From a virus (Duplodnaviria > Caudoviricetes): a stretch of DNA of 64,000 bases. The notes beneath the pieces are model-generated. The model was not told the origin of the DNA. It made no database searches and worked only from the letters and a program-made list of their open reading frames with translations. Both the position numbers and the translations under genes were made by a program. The stretch is from IMG/VR virus record IMGVR_UViG_2924880783_000005, positions 1 to 64,000 of that record. One strand, written 5' to 3'. Below, piece by piece: positions 8,064-17,271 of this stretch (positions are counted from its first letter, which is position 1; each line of letters opens with the position of its first letter).

Positions 8064-9329
8064 CTATAATGATTGCACCAGCGTGTTGTACGCGGCACGG
8101 CTTGTCCGCATCGCGTTCTGCATACAGCCGATGGTCAGGTATCCGGGTATGTTACAGCCGGTCTTGGCGCAGTTGGCCTTCACGTTTCGACCCTGACCCC
8201 GAACGATGCAGCCGTCGGGCTTGTCCCTTACGTATCCCAGTCCGCCGATTTTGCGTCTGCCGGTCTGCACGGCGCGGAGACAATCCATCACGAATTTGTT
8301 CAACTCGTCAAGGTCTTTCCGCACGTTGCATACGGGTAATATCTGGGTTGCCCAACTGAACTCACCGGTGCCTTTATACAGGTAACGGTTCACCGCGTTG
8401 ACAGCTTTTGCCAGTGTCGTATCCGGTTTTCGGATGGTTCGTGCCTCGATTTCTCTTTGGAAAGTCTTGATGCGGGATGAAGAGAGCGAAACCATCTCTC
8501 CCTTGATGCTGAAGCCTAAGAACTTGAACCACTGTTCGGGTGTCAGGTACTCGACTTTCTTCGGGTTGAGTTTCATGGATTTCTCCTCCAACCGGCTTTG
8601 AAGCATTTCCATTGCCTTTTCATGATCCTTGCCGATAAACAGCATATCATCCGAATAACGGACATAGTAGCCGTCCATCTCGGACAGTTCCTCGTCAAGG
8701 TCATACAGCAACACGTCGGCCAGCCAGCTCGCCACGGCGCAGCCCTGTTTCAGGGACTGGTACTGCCGGCAAAGGTTGTTCTCCCCGTTAAAGTACAGGT
8801 CGCTATGGTAATATTTCCTGAGCACGTCAATCAGGGCGGAATGCCCGTGTCGCACCTCTACCTTGTCAAAAGCCTCATCAATGAACTGAATCGGTACGCT
8901 GTCGAAATACTTGCTCAAATCGGCTTTCCAACCCAGATACCCGTTGTCTGCACCACCTGTCATCCTGTGGCTGACCTCGGTAACGACTCTGCCGCAGCCG
9001 ATGCCCTTCTGATAGGACTTGCACGAGCCATGCAGCATTTCGGGCATCAACTCGAACAGCAGGTCATTGGCGATACCCAGCACCACACGGTCCATCGGCT
9101 CGTTCACGTAAACGGTTCTGAACTCTCCGTTATCTTTTGGTATCTGCGCCGTATGGGGCGGTGATATTTCATACTTGCCCTGCATCATGGCTTCGGCCAT
9201 GGCGAGACGTGTATCTTCATTGGCCAGCCGGATAAGCTGGTCCTTGCGGATGTCCTTGTCCACGCCCTTTTCAATCGCTTTCGTCCATCTGTCGATGTCG
9301 AAAAACATCTCTAAAATCTTGTCTGCCAT
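8064..9329 (-). CDS. Reverse transcriptase, stand-alone (UG/Abi-like; not group II intron or DGR by context)
   Basis: RT motifs KADLSKYFDSV, LKQG, YVRYSDD, FKFLGF; 421 aa; no recognisable endonuclease domain. Confidence 0.93.
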   Translation of the reverse strand: MADKILEMFFDIDRWTKAIEKGVDKDIRKDQLIRLANEDTRLAMAEAMMQGKYEISPPHTAQIPKDNGEFRTVYVNEPMDRVVLGIANDLLFELMPEMLHGSCKSYQKGIGCGRVVTEVSHRMTGGADNGYLGWKADLSKYFDSVPIQFIDEAFDKVEVRHGHSALIDVLRKYYHSDLYFNGENNLCRQYQSLKQGCAVASWLADVLLYDLDEELSEMDGYYVRYSDDMLFIGKDHEKAMEMLQSRLEEKSMKLNPKKVEYLTPEQWFKFLGFSIKGEMVSLSSSRIKTFQREIEARTIRKPDTTLAKAVNAVNRYLYKGTGEFSWATQILPVCNVRKDLDELNKFVMDCLRAVQTGRRKIGGLGYVRDKPDGCIVRGQGRNVKANCAKTGCNIPGYLTIGCMQNAMRTSRAAYNTLVQSL

Positions 9330-9350
9330 AGTCTATTATGCTTGTGTCGG

Positions 9351-9689
9351 TTATTGCTCATCTGCCCAAATGCAGGAGTTGTAAGTACAACCCTCACTAT
9401 CCGTGTATACTCCGGACACAACAGTTGCTTTTGAAAAATCTTCGCACTGCTCCCTGTACAGTCTGATAACGGTTTTTTCACCCAATGTCTTAACATGACG
9501 TCTCGCATATTGTCCGAACTCTCCGGTTTTCGGATTATAGAAATCATAATTAGCAGAGCCATAAATAAGACAGCTGTTAATCATACTTCTGCAATCAAGT
9601 TCTTCATATTGTCTACGTTGCGCTGCGGTCATGCCATTGAAATAGAATGGCAACTGTTTCTTTGCCGCTTCAATCTGTGTTCCTGTCAT
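9351..9689 (-). CDS. Hypothetical protein immediately upstream of the RT (possible module member)
   Basis: 112-aa ORF ending 21 nt before the RT start. Confidence 0.7.
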   Translation of the reverse strand: MTGTQIEAAKKQLPFYFNGMTAAQRRQYEELDCRSMINSCLIYGSANYDFYNPKTGEFGQYARRHVKTLGEKTVIRLYREQCEDFSKATVVSGVYTDSEGCTYNSCIWADEQ

Positions 9690-9693
9690 AATC

Positions 9694-10173
9694 TTAAATG
9701 TGCGGTAGTGAATATTTATTTACTGTATCGATAAGAACCTTACACATTTCATATGAGGCTCTGTTTCGGTCATCAATACGTCCGCTATCAACTTTCGCCA
9801 TATAGCAGATACAACTTTTTATCAACCGAAAAATGCTCTGCTGCAATGTCCGGTGCATATAAGGAATAGCCTCAGCAAAGCGGTCGGGGTTGAAAGAATA
9901 GTTATTTACCGCATGTTCCAGTTTCTTCGCAATCTTGTACTCGCAACTCTCTGACAATGGAATAGGCACATCGCCATATATTGCAATATCCAACTTCGTT
10001 TCGAAAACTTGGATTATGGTATCCAGCAGCGGCTTGATAAATTCGGGGTTCTTCTCCACCCCGTAACAGTGCCCGGGTGTGGTGAATGTGATTGTTGTTA
10101 CGTTGCTCTCATCACGCAGTTTCTTGTAGGTCTCGATATGCTCTCGGAGCATCTTGATATTCTCTTTGTCCAT
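9694..10173 (-). CDS. Hypothetical protein
   Basis: 159-aa ORF, operon packing. Confidence 0.7.
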   Translation of the reverse strand: MDKENIKMLREHIETYKKLRDESNVTTITFTTPGHCYGVEKNPEFIKPLLDTIIQVFETKLDIAIYGDVPIPLSESCEYKIAKKLEHAVNNYSFNPDRFAEAIPYMHRTLQQSIFRLIKSCICYMAKVDSGRIDDRNRASYEMCKVLIDTVNKYSLPHI

Positions 10174-10176
10174 AGT

Positions 10177-10449
10177 CTATCGTATTAGTTCGTTTTCACA
10201 CAGGAGTACATCGCCTACGATGTAGTCGAAGGTGGAGAAGTGGCGATGGAAGATGTCATCTGCCACCTCGTTATATTCAAGGTCGAGCATCTTGCCCTCC
10301 TCGTTGAGTATCATTGACTGTTTGTCGTCGAGTTCGATAATCTCGACAAGTCCGCCTACAGCAGCCTGCATCTCTTCGAGGGTAAAATACTCTCCGTTTG
10401 CAGGGACTGTGGTGTGGCGTGTTCCGTCTGTTTTGATGATTTCTGCCAT
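10177..10449 (-). CDS. DUF3846-like small protein
   Basis: Pattern TLEEMQAAVGGLVE...LNEEGK...IVGDVL typical of this MGE family (recognition only). Confidence 0.65.
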   Translation of the reverse strand: MAEIIKTDGTRHTTVPANGEYFTLEEMQAAVGGLVEIIELDDKQSMILNEEGKMLDLEYNEVADDIFHRHFSTFDYIVGDVLLCENELIR

Positions 10450-10450
10450 A

Positions 10451-10693
10451 CTATTTCTTGGGGTTATGTTCGTTGCACAATTCGATGAAGTATCTGCGCT
10501 TGGCTAGGAGCCCGTCGTACTTTTCGGAGTTCTCCTCACGACGCATATCGGGGTTGCCTGCTGCAAAGTGTTCAACAAGCACACAGCCACAGGTGTGGGT
10601 AATCTTTATCGAGGTGCTCATCGCCTCAATCTTTGCACCCTCTTTGGGCACTGCATCACTCTCGATAATGCGTAGTTTCTCTATCATTTCCAT
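10451..10693 (-). CDS. Hypothetical protein with C/H metal-binding pattern (HTCGC...C)
   Basis: 80-aa ORF. Confidence 0.6.
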   Translation of the reverse strand: MEMIEKLRIIESDAVPKEGAKIEAMSTSIKITHTCGCVLVEHFAAGNPDMRREENSEKYDGLLAKRRYFIELCNEHNPKK

Positions 10694-11556
10694 AGTTGAT
10701 GTCGTTTGATGCGGCGTAGTTGCCCTATGATATTAGTAAAGAGTTCTCGTGAGTAGATGCGGTAGTGAAAGGCTGCGGAGTATTCCAGAACATTGCCACT
10801 GAAATCGACATAACTTCTGTCGTTGGCGAAACTGAACAGTCGTCCGTGCACCTCCAATGTGTAGTGGTTATCACGCAACCATTTGAAGAACTCGAAGATG
10901 TTGCTGATGTGGGAGTAGAAGGTCAGATAGCCGTAGCGGTTTCGACGCAACTCAAGCAGTCTATATGCCATTTCGCGGCGGTGTCGCTTGTCGTCCATAT
11001 CACGACCGGTCTCGGAGCATAGGCTGTATATGAAACACTGTTTTCCGTCTCGCTCAAAGAAGTATGGCGTATAGGCAACTGTGGTGTTGTACCAACTGAC
11101 ATACTGCCTTACTGTATTACCCTTGATGAGTGCAGGACGGAATGATAATCGATTGGCAAACTCGCTAATCATAGCCTCGATAGAACTATCCGAGGCGGTC
11201 AATGGTCGCAGTGCCTTGAAGTATCGCCCCGCCAGCCGAAAGCAAAGGTCATACAGATTGCCGGAGTATGCCTCACCCACGAAGAACCAATTGTAGTGCT
11301 GTCGCTTTGGTGGCACACAGCCCAGCAGATCGTAGTAGCGTTCGGCGGTTATCTCATGGAATGGTTCCTGCATAACCCTTTCGTGCTGAGCAATCAGGTG
11401 CATAATCCTCTCAGGCGTGATGGAGATAAGATGAGGATTTCGCTCTCGTGCCCGCATCTCTTCGAGTGTTTCTCCTCCATAATCCGAGTGCATATCATCA
11501 CGCATAGAGGTGATGACAACGCCATCAAAGTAGCGAGAATCTATGATGAAGCGCAT
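10684..11556 (-). CDS. Hypothetical protein
   Basis: 290-aa ORF. Confidence 0.7.
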   Translation of the reverse strand: MRFIIDSRYFDGVVITSMRDDMHSDYGGETLEEMRARERNPHLISITPERIMHLIAQHERVMQEPFHEITAERYYDLLGCVPPKRQHYNWFFVGEAYSGNLYDLCFRLAGRYFKALRPLTASDSSIEAMISEFANRLSFRPALIKGNTVRQYVSWYNTTVAYTPYFFERDGKQCFIYSLCSETGRDMDDKRHRREMAYRLLELRRNRYGYLTFYSHISNIFEFFKWLRDNHYTLEVHGRLFSFANDRSYVDFSGNVLEYSAAFHYRIYSRELFTNIIGQLRRIKRHQLWK

Positions 11557-11560
11557 ACCC

Positions 11561-12658
11561 TTAAAGTGTTATGTTCAACACTCGGCAGGCAGCCCTCACG
11601 GCATTCGATGTGAGTTGTCGTTGCCACGCTTGGTTGCGAGGTGACCACTTGAAGGCCTCTCGCTTGAGCTTGGTTCGCATATCACTGTCAGGAACCGCGC
11701 CGAAGAGGAGTTGCAGTCGGTCTTCCTCGAAGTTGTAGACCACCTTGCCGCCGTTGAAGGGAATCTCACGATTTTCACGGCTTGCCCGTTCCTGCTGCTT
11801 TTCCTGTACCTTGCGGGCAAGTTCCGGGTATTTGAAGATCGAATGGCGTGCAGTGACGATGGGTTTCTTGATTTTGGCGTTCCATTCGCGCAGATAAGCG
11901 ATGGCGCGGTCGATGATTTCCACGTTGCCATGATTGACATAGGTGGAGAGCCGCCCAGCGAGGTTGCTGACGAAAAGGGCCCGGCTATAGCCCCGTACCG
12001 TACCCGTGTCGATACCGTGAATGGTCGAGGCGGCATCGTCGATAAGGGCTTTGACCTTCCGCCACTCCTCCTCGAGACGCTGCTCCTCGGGCTTGGCCGC
12101 TTCGGCAGCCTTGCGAATCGCTTCGAGTGCGCGTTCTCGCCATTCCCGGAACGCAGTGACGCTCTTGGCGTGGCTGTTGCAGGCCTTTTCATTACGGGCG
12201 GTATTGAAGCGTGCGGGTCCCGTGATCATCGCGCTGGCACAGCGGCTGTTCGCGGCAATCATCGCCAAGAAATACCGCTTGTAGTTCTCCGTGTAACGCT
12301 CCCTCTGTTCTTCGGGCATCGCCATCAGGTCCTCGTGCAGTTCCTTTTCGTGGGTGGCGATGTCCGTTTCGCCGCGCTCTTCGGGCGAGAAGGAGGTGAG
12401 GTTGTAGGAGTCGCACGCTTGTTTGAAGTACACTTCCAGATAGCCCGGGTGCGCTGTCTCCACGACTTCCCAGTCCTTGAAATCCGCCGGGGCGAGGATT
12501 TCTTCCCTGCCTGGTTCTCCGACAAGATGGGAGAAGTTGCAGTAGCCGTATCTCTTCCCTCTATAATGAAATGCCACCGGCTCGCTTCCCGGGGTATCCT
12601 TGCGCCGCACCGCCGTTACACGGTGGGCATTCTCTCGCGTTAAAATAATTGTTTCCAT
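11561..12658 (-). CDS. MGE protein with ASAMITGPARF and RLQLLF...FKWSPRNQAWQR motifs (seen in plasmid/phage early or polyvalent proteins)
   Basis: Motif recognition; 365 aa. Confidence 0.65.
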   Translation of the reverse strand: METIILTRENAHRVTAVRRKDTPGSEPVAFHYRGKRYGYCNFSHLVGEPGREEILAPADFKDWEVVETAHPGYLEVYFKQACDSYNLTSFSPEERGETDIATHEKELHEDLMAMPEEQRERYTENYKRYFLAMIAANSRCASAMITGPARFNTARNEKACNSHAKSVTAFREWRERALEAIRKAAEAAKPEEQRLEEEWRKVKALIDDAASTIHGIDTGTVRGYSRALFVSNLAGRLSTYVNHGNVEIIDRAIAYLREWNAKIKKPIVTARHSIFKYPELARKVQEKQQERASRENREIPFNGGKVVYNFEEDRLQLLFGAVPDSDMRTKLKREAFKWSPRNQAWQRQLTSNAVRAACRVLNITL

Positions 12659-12688
12659 TTTATCCGATTTGATTGTCAATATTCATTA

Positions 12689-13204
12689 TCATTTACTTGC
12701 TTCATAAGCCATAGCCTGAGCATAGCCGACTTCGATGCCCACCGGGTAGCCGCCGGCAATCGTTTCCTCAAGGAATTTGTCATCCTCAATCATTGCTTCC
12801 GAACCATCGCCATACAGTCGGTACAGGGCGAATGTGCCCGCTTCCCACTGGTCACGTATCTTGTCCGGTGGCACTATTAACCAGACAAACCCGTCATGGA
12901 GCACTTTCGTGCCTACCGACGAGTGACGGGAGAAACGTTCCTCCTTGATAGCCGTCGCTGCTATCCACACGATATACATGAGCGCGTCATGGCGGCTGCG
13001 TATGTCGGGCATGTCGCACAGGCTGCTTACGGCCTCTTTGAGCGTCTGGAAGGAATCCGCCCGGAACTGCTCCGCGACGTATGTCTTTTCCGCTATGGCG
13101 GCACAGGCGTCGTCCGCCCGTCCGCTTTCCGGCACCGCCTGTATGTCATCCTCTTCGAGAAAAATTTCACGGTGCAGGTAGTCCAGGTAATAATAAGTCC
13201 TCAT
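12689..13204 (-). CDS. Hypothetical protein
   Basis: ATG overlapping the upstream stop (ATGA 13201-13204). Confidence 0.65.
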   Translation of the reverse strand: MRTYYYLDYLHREIFLEEDDIQAVPESGRADDACAAIAEKTYVAEQFRADSFQTLKEAVSSLCDMPDIRSRHDALMYIVWIAATAIKEERFSRHSSVGTKVLHDGFVWLIVPPDKIRDQWEAGTFALYRLYGDGSEAMIEDDKFLEETIAGGYPVGIEVGYAQAMAYEASK

Positions 13205-13455
13205 TCCGTTTTCCCTTGCCAAGTGAATGTTATTTTCGTTTGTCCGTCATATCCGAACCGCGCTTTCAGTCCGAAGGCTTCGGCATCGCTCGATATGCAG
13301 CAGATGTCCCAAATCTCCAACTCTCCGGCGCAGGTTATGACGGTATTGCTTTCAGAGATTTGCGGAGACTTGTCTCTCAACGCGACACCGTTACAGATGC
13401 CGCGCAGGACCACGCCGCGCTGGTGAGTGGTAAGTTCTGTCTTTTCCATTGTCAT
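13201..13455 (-). CDS. Hypothetical protein
   Basis: ORF track 13201..13569; ATG at 13455 preferred. Confidence 0.6.
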   Translation of the reverse strand: MTMEKTELTTHQRGVVLRGICNGVALRDKSPQISESNTVITCAGELEIWDICCISSDAEAFGLKARFGYDGQTKITFTWQGKTE

Positions 13456-13516
13456 ATATTTTCGTTTCGTCCGGTCGATGGGTATGGTCTCGCGGTCGCA
13501 GCAGGCCATCGTGTGC

Positions 13517-13729
13517 CTATCCTTTCGCTTTGACACCGAACATGCTCGACATCGTGCTGGCGAGGGCATCCTCGAAGCCGCCGCTCACACCCCAATATTC
13601 CAGCAATTCATTGGCGATGGCCTGCATTTGCCCGTCGGTCGGCATGTCGCCGTCGTACCCATACTCTTCGAGCAGGATACGGCTGACGATGATACCTTTT
13701 GCCTCGTTGACCTTATGCTCCTTTTCCAT
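13517..13729 (-). CDS. Small acidic hypothetical protein
   Basis: 70-aa ORF. Confidence 0.6.
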   Translation of the reverse strand: MEKEHKVNEAKGIIVSRILLEEYGYDGDMPTDGQMQAIANELLEYWGVSGGFEDALASTMSSMFGVKAKG

Positions 13730-13738
13730 AGCGTGTAA

Positions 13739-13993
13739 TCAATACATCTTTACCCGTAGACCGAAATAGTAACCGCGACGCTCATGACGGGCGTCACTGA
13801 CATGGAATCCCGCATTGGTGATCCTTACTTTCAGGGCGGAATGGGAGCTTTGGGGATAGATCAAATGGAACGGGTTATCGACAGAGGGGGCGTCTACATC
13901 CTGTTCCGGACAGCATATAACGACAGCGTAGCCATAGGCTGCTATCTGGGCATTTATACCCTCAAAAAGTTTGTCTTTTTCCGTATTATTCAT
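13739..13993 (-). CDS. Hypothetical protein
   Basis: ORF track 13739..14029; ATG at 13993. Confidence 0.6.
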   Translation of the reverse strand: MNNTEKDKLFEGINAQIAAYGYAVVICCPEQDVDAPSVDNPFHLIYPQSSHSALKVRITNAGFHVSDARHERRGYYFGLRVKMY

Positions 13994-14012
13994 ATTGTCT
14001 TTTTTTACTCGG

Positions 14013-14891
14013 TTAGATATGGCAGTCATAAAAAGATATCAGCGTGTTATCGGGCAGGGCATTGACCATCTTCCAAACCCTGTCGTTCCATTCCTCCTCG
14101 GAGCATTCGTTGGTCGAGACACCCCACCAGCCCATTTCTCCTCGTCCGTACCATTTGTAGTCGCATACCACCGCATAAGGTACGAACGCGCTAATGGCAC
14201 GACGCTTGGCATACTCATCCTCGGTGCATTGAAAGTCTTCGATTTCAGGACCAATGAAGGGAACATCATACCCCGCGGCATCCCAAATCTTGATAGCTTC
14301 CTGCGCATGATATATTGTGCGCTTCTCCTCGATGGTAAGTCCGGCATATTTATCGTCATGCAACAGGGTGTCCCAGAAAATTAAGGGACGGGGAATCGTA
14401 CCGCCACATTTCGCGGCAATATCCTTGTAACATTTGCGGCCCCGCTCTTCACCCTCGCGGCGTATCGCCTCGAAGTCGATATCTCCTTTCAAGGCCGCGT
14501 CCCAGCCCGTCTCGTTCTCGAATACACCCGGCTCCCCCTTGATACCGCTTGTCGCACCCTCTTTCAGGCGGATATAGGCACCGCTCCAACGACCGCCCAG
14601 CACGTACCAGTCCCATTTGGAATCCGGGTTGTAGGTTGAGAATTCGCACCAGATGCCGTATTCGTCCTTGCGCCATCTGTTACCGTTCCAGTCCTTGCCG
14701 TAACGCTTATAGCAGTTCTCGAAATTGCGGAACCGTGATTTATGTTCTCTTTTGTAGTACTCCAGCATCTGTTGCTTGTCTTCCTCCGAGACTTCGCCGG
14801 TGCAGTACTCTTCCACTTGCTCGTTCTCGTCGAACGGGGCTAATTGCCCTTCGGGGTCATCGCCGATGACCATTACTGTAAAATGACTCAT
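14013..14891 (-). CDS. Conserved phage hypothetical protein (MSHFTVMV...NPDSKWDWYVLGGRW)
   Basis: Trp-rich pattern common in phage early proteins; 292 aa. Confidence 0.75.
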   Translation of the reverse strand: MSHFTVMVIGDDPEGQLAPFDENEQVEEYCTGEVSEEDKQQMLEYYKREHKSRFRNFENCYKRYGKDWNGNRWRKDEYGIWCEFSTYNPDSKWDWYVLGGRWSGAYIRLKEGATSGIKGEPGVFENETGWDAALKGDIDFEAIRREGEERGRKCYKDIAAKCGGTIPRPLIFWDTLLHDDKYAGLTIEEKRTIYHAQEAIKIWDAAGYDVPFIGPEIEDFQCTEDEYAKRRAISAFVPYAVVCDYKWYGRGEMGWWGVSTNECSEEEWNDRVWKMVNALPDNTLISFYDCHI

Positions 14892-14914
14892 AATCTGTAT
14901 GTTTATGTTTCGGT

Positions 14915-15493
14915 TTATTCTTCCACTGTCTTGAACTCGTTGAAGTATATACAGTTCTCGGGGTGCTCCTTGTTGTAGGCTTTGGTGGCGGCACACAACT
15001 CCCCGTACGAGGAGACGCATACTCCCGTTATTCCGGTAACGTGTTCATAGACCTCCTCCCATGTCTCGAAATACTCGTCGCCGTCCTCCCTGTGATCGAC
15101 CTTGATGCGTTCGGGGAAGTATTCACCGTCCCCGTCGTTGGTTTCGTAGATGGCCATGCCCGGTTCCTCACTCTGGAAATAGATGTTCAGCGACGGGTAT
15201 TTGCTTTGCAGGAACTGCCGGACATCCTTCAACTCCGCCCACGCCGATTCCGTGTCAAAGCGCAAGGCTCCGTCGTCGCAGTCCTTGCGCAGGTTACTCC
15301 ACCAGCCACGGCAGAACACTTTTTCCCAACTGCCGCCCAACAAGGTCACGAGGTTACCGAGCCAGGTCCTGCCAAAGGCATTCTTGACAAGCGACCCATC
15401 GCGTTCTTCCAGCGATTTCATCTTCTCGTATAGGTCGCACACTTCTTTTTTCTCTCCCGTCACGACGTAGGAGGTAAAAGCCCAATTCGGCAT
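14915..15493 (-). CDS. DUF1281/YubB ferredoxin-like fold protein
   Basis: MPNW N-terminus, FDTESAW and YFQSEEPG motifs. Confidence 0.6.
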   Translation of the reverse strand: MPNWAFTSYVVTGEKKEVCDLYEKMKSLEERDGSLVKNAFGRTWLGNLVTLLGGSWEKVFCRGWWSNLRKDCDDGALRFDTESAWAELKDVRQFLQSKYPSLNIYFQSEEPGMAIYETNDGDGEYFPERIKVDHREDGDEYFETWEEVYEHVTGITGVCVSSYGELCAATKAYNKEHPENCIYFNEFKTVEE

Positions 15494-15555
15494 AATCGTA
15501 TGTTCTTTTTGAAAGTGTAGGTGCTTTTGCGCCGTACGGTTGATATTAGTTGCTA

Positions 15556-15948
15556 TTATTTCACATAAATCCGGCATCGGCGGTTGCACCGTCTCAAGCT
15601 GTCCGCCGAGAGCGGGTAGCTACGGTTCAGGTGGTCGGGAAAACCCTCGCGGAACATCAGCTCCGCCGTGGCGTACTCCTTGCACCATTTACGGCGACGC
15701 CTTGCATGGGCAGGTTTCAGCTCAGAAACACGCTTTTTCTGCACTTTCGGCACACGCCATTTTCCGCGGGCAAACACGGCCTCATACTCACGCTGCAACA
15801 CCCCGTTGCGGTACACCGACACGCTGACAGCGGGCACTCTTCCGAGCTGTCCCGCTACGGCAAGGCTGTCAAGCGTGTCCGTGGCAGCCTTGAAACTGGC
15901 GAAGCACCCGTAACTGCGGGTACGTTTCGCGTTGAATACTTCTATCAT
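15556..15948 (-). CDS. Basic hypothetical protein, possible NUMOD1-like DNA-binding N-terminus
   Basis: 130-aa ORF. Confidence 0.5.
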   Translation of the reverse strand: MIEVFNAKRTRSYGCFASFKAATDTLDSLAVAGQLGRVPAVSVSVYRNGVLQREYEAVFARGKWRVPKVQKKRVSELKPAHARRRRKWCKEYATAELMFREGFPDHLNRSYPLSADSLRRCNRRCRIYVK

Positions 15949-16230
15949 ATATCGTCCTGTTTATTTCTGGCAATCCGTTTCCCCGCTTCCTCTCACGGAT
16001 AACAGCGGAAGCGCGGCAGGTTGTTCCGCTGAACGCCTGACCGCGCTTAACCGTGTTATGTACAAGGAGGGCACAACGCCTCACGGCGTGAAGAAGTAAG
16101 TTGGGAATTGAATTTTGAAAAGTGCGGGCATTCCGGGGTGCAGTCCCGGCATAGTGTATATCAATGCCCTGTCCGGTAATAATGCGCATGCGGCTTCCGG
16201 CTTTTTCGGCAGCCCCACGCGCATTACCGT

Positions 16231-16548
16231 TTACTCGTCGTCATCGCCATTGCCGATTCCCGCAGTGATATTGCAGATCTCCTGCAATGCCGACTCTATC
16301 TGCACCAAATCGTCAATGTCGAATTTTACGGCGTCGCTGTCTCGTTCCCACACTCTGCGGGCAATGAAAACAGCCTCATGCAATGACCGCTCGGATTCCT
16401 CGAGAGCGGTTCTCAGGTCGTCAGCGGTGTACTCCGTGTCCTGCTCGGGCACACCTCCGGCAGCATTTTCCGCCGGAATTTTCTCTTCACCTATCACGTT
16501 ACGATACCCTTTCGCCAGAAACGGAAAGGGCGCATTTCCGGCATACAA
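16231..16548 (-). CDS. Small acidic hypothetical protein (start uncertain)
   Basis: ORF track; the N-terminal part overlaps hairpins, so the true start may be internal. Confidence 0.5.
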   Translation of the reverse strand: MYAGNAPFPFLAKGYRNVIGEEKIPAENAAGGVPEQDTEYTADDLRTALEESERSLHEAVFIARRVWERDSDAVKFDIDDLVQIESALQEICNITAGIGNGDDDE

Positions 16549-16662
16549 CGGATATGCGCCCTTTGTCGGCAGATACGAAATAGGCAGGCAAAGACCGATT
16601 TACGGCACTATGCCTGCCCGTGTCCGCCTGTTTCCGGCAGATTGTCTACTCCGTTCGTGGTA

Positions 16663-17229
16663 TTATGCCGCCTCTTTTACCGTTTCGGTGGTTGTGGCGG
16701 TTGCCACGCCTTCAGCCTTGCCTGCGTTTTTCTTGGCAGGTTTTTCGGCTTTCTCGAGGCTTGCGAGGTTCGGGGCGAAATTCATGGCGTCGCGGATAGC
16801 CTTTGCCGCTGCGTGGATGGTCTTGGCAAAGTCGCGGTTCGACTTCTCGAGGTCTACTTTGGTCGGCACAAGTCCGATGCGTGCCCACACGCTGTCCGTC
16901 AGGTCGTAGTGCTTGATGCGGTTGTGCGACTTGTCGCAGATGATGATTTCCGCCGGAGTGGTGGCACGGAATTTCGACCGGATGCCGTCGGCATCGGCTC
17001 GGAGTTTCTTTTCCTCAGCGATTGTGTGCCACATGGTCGCGACCACGTTTTTAATCACACGGAAAATCTCGTTGTCCGTTTTGTCGGCAGGCTCGAAATC
17101 CTTGCCGAAAAAGTGCTGTGCGGTTTGTACCGTCACACCGTCGCGGTTGGTCGAGCTGTAAACCAGCATTACACCTGCAAACGCACTGAGATTTGCGTAC
17201 TGTTCCTTGTTCAATTTAGAAGTTGCCAT
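16663..17229 (-). CDS. First gene of the early arm, hypothetical with Lys/Ala-rich tail
   Basis: ATG 17229 (MATSKLNK) with AT-rich leader. Confidence 0.75.
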   Translation of the reverse strand: MATSKLNKEQYANLSAFAGVMLVYSSTNRDGVTVQTAQHFFGKDFEPADKTDNEIFRVIKNVVATMWHTIAEEKKLRADADGIRSKFRATTPAEIIICDKSHNRIKHYDLTDSVWARIGLVPTKVDLEKSNRDFAKTIHAAAKAIRDAMNFAPNLASLEKAEKPAKKNAGKAEGVATATTTETVKEAA

Positions 17230-17271
17230 AATGATTTGAATTAAAGAATTACTGCGTAAAATCACGCATTG

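Noticed and set aside
8064-9329. Group II intron or DGR reverse transcriptase
   Set aside because: No domain V/VI-like sequence after the ORF and no interrupted gene; no TR/VR pair with adenine-specific mismatches noticed in the fibre genes (by eye, not exhaustive); no Avd-like gene recognised
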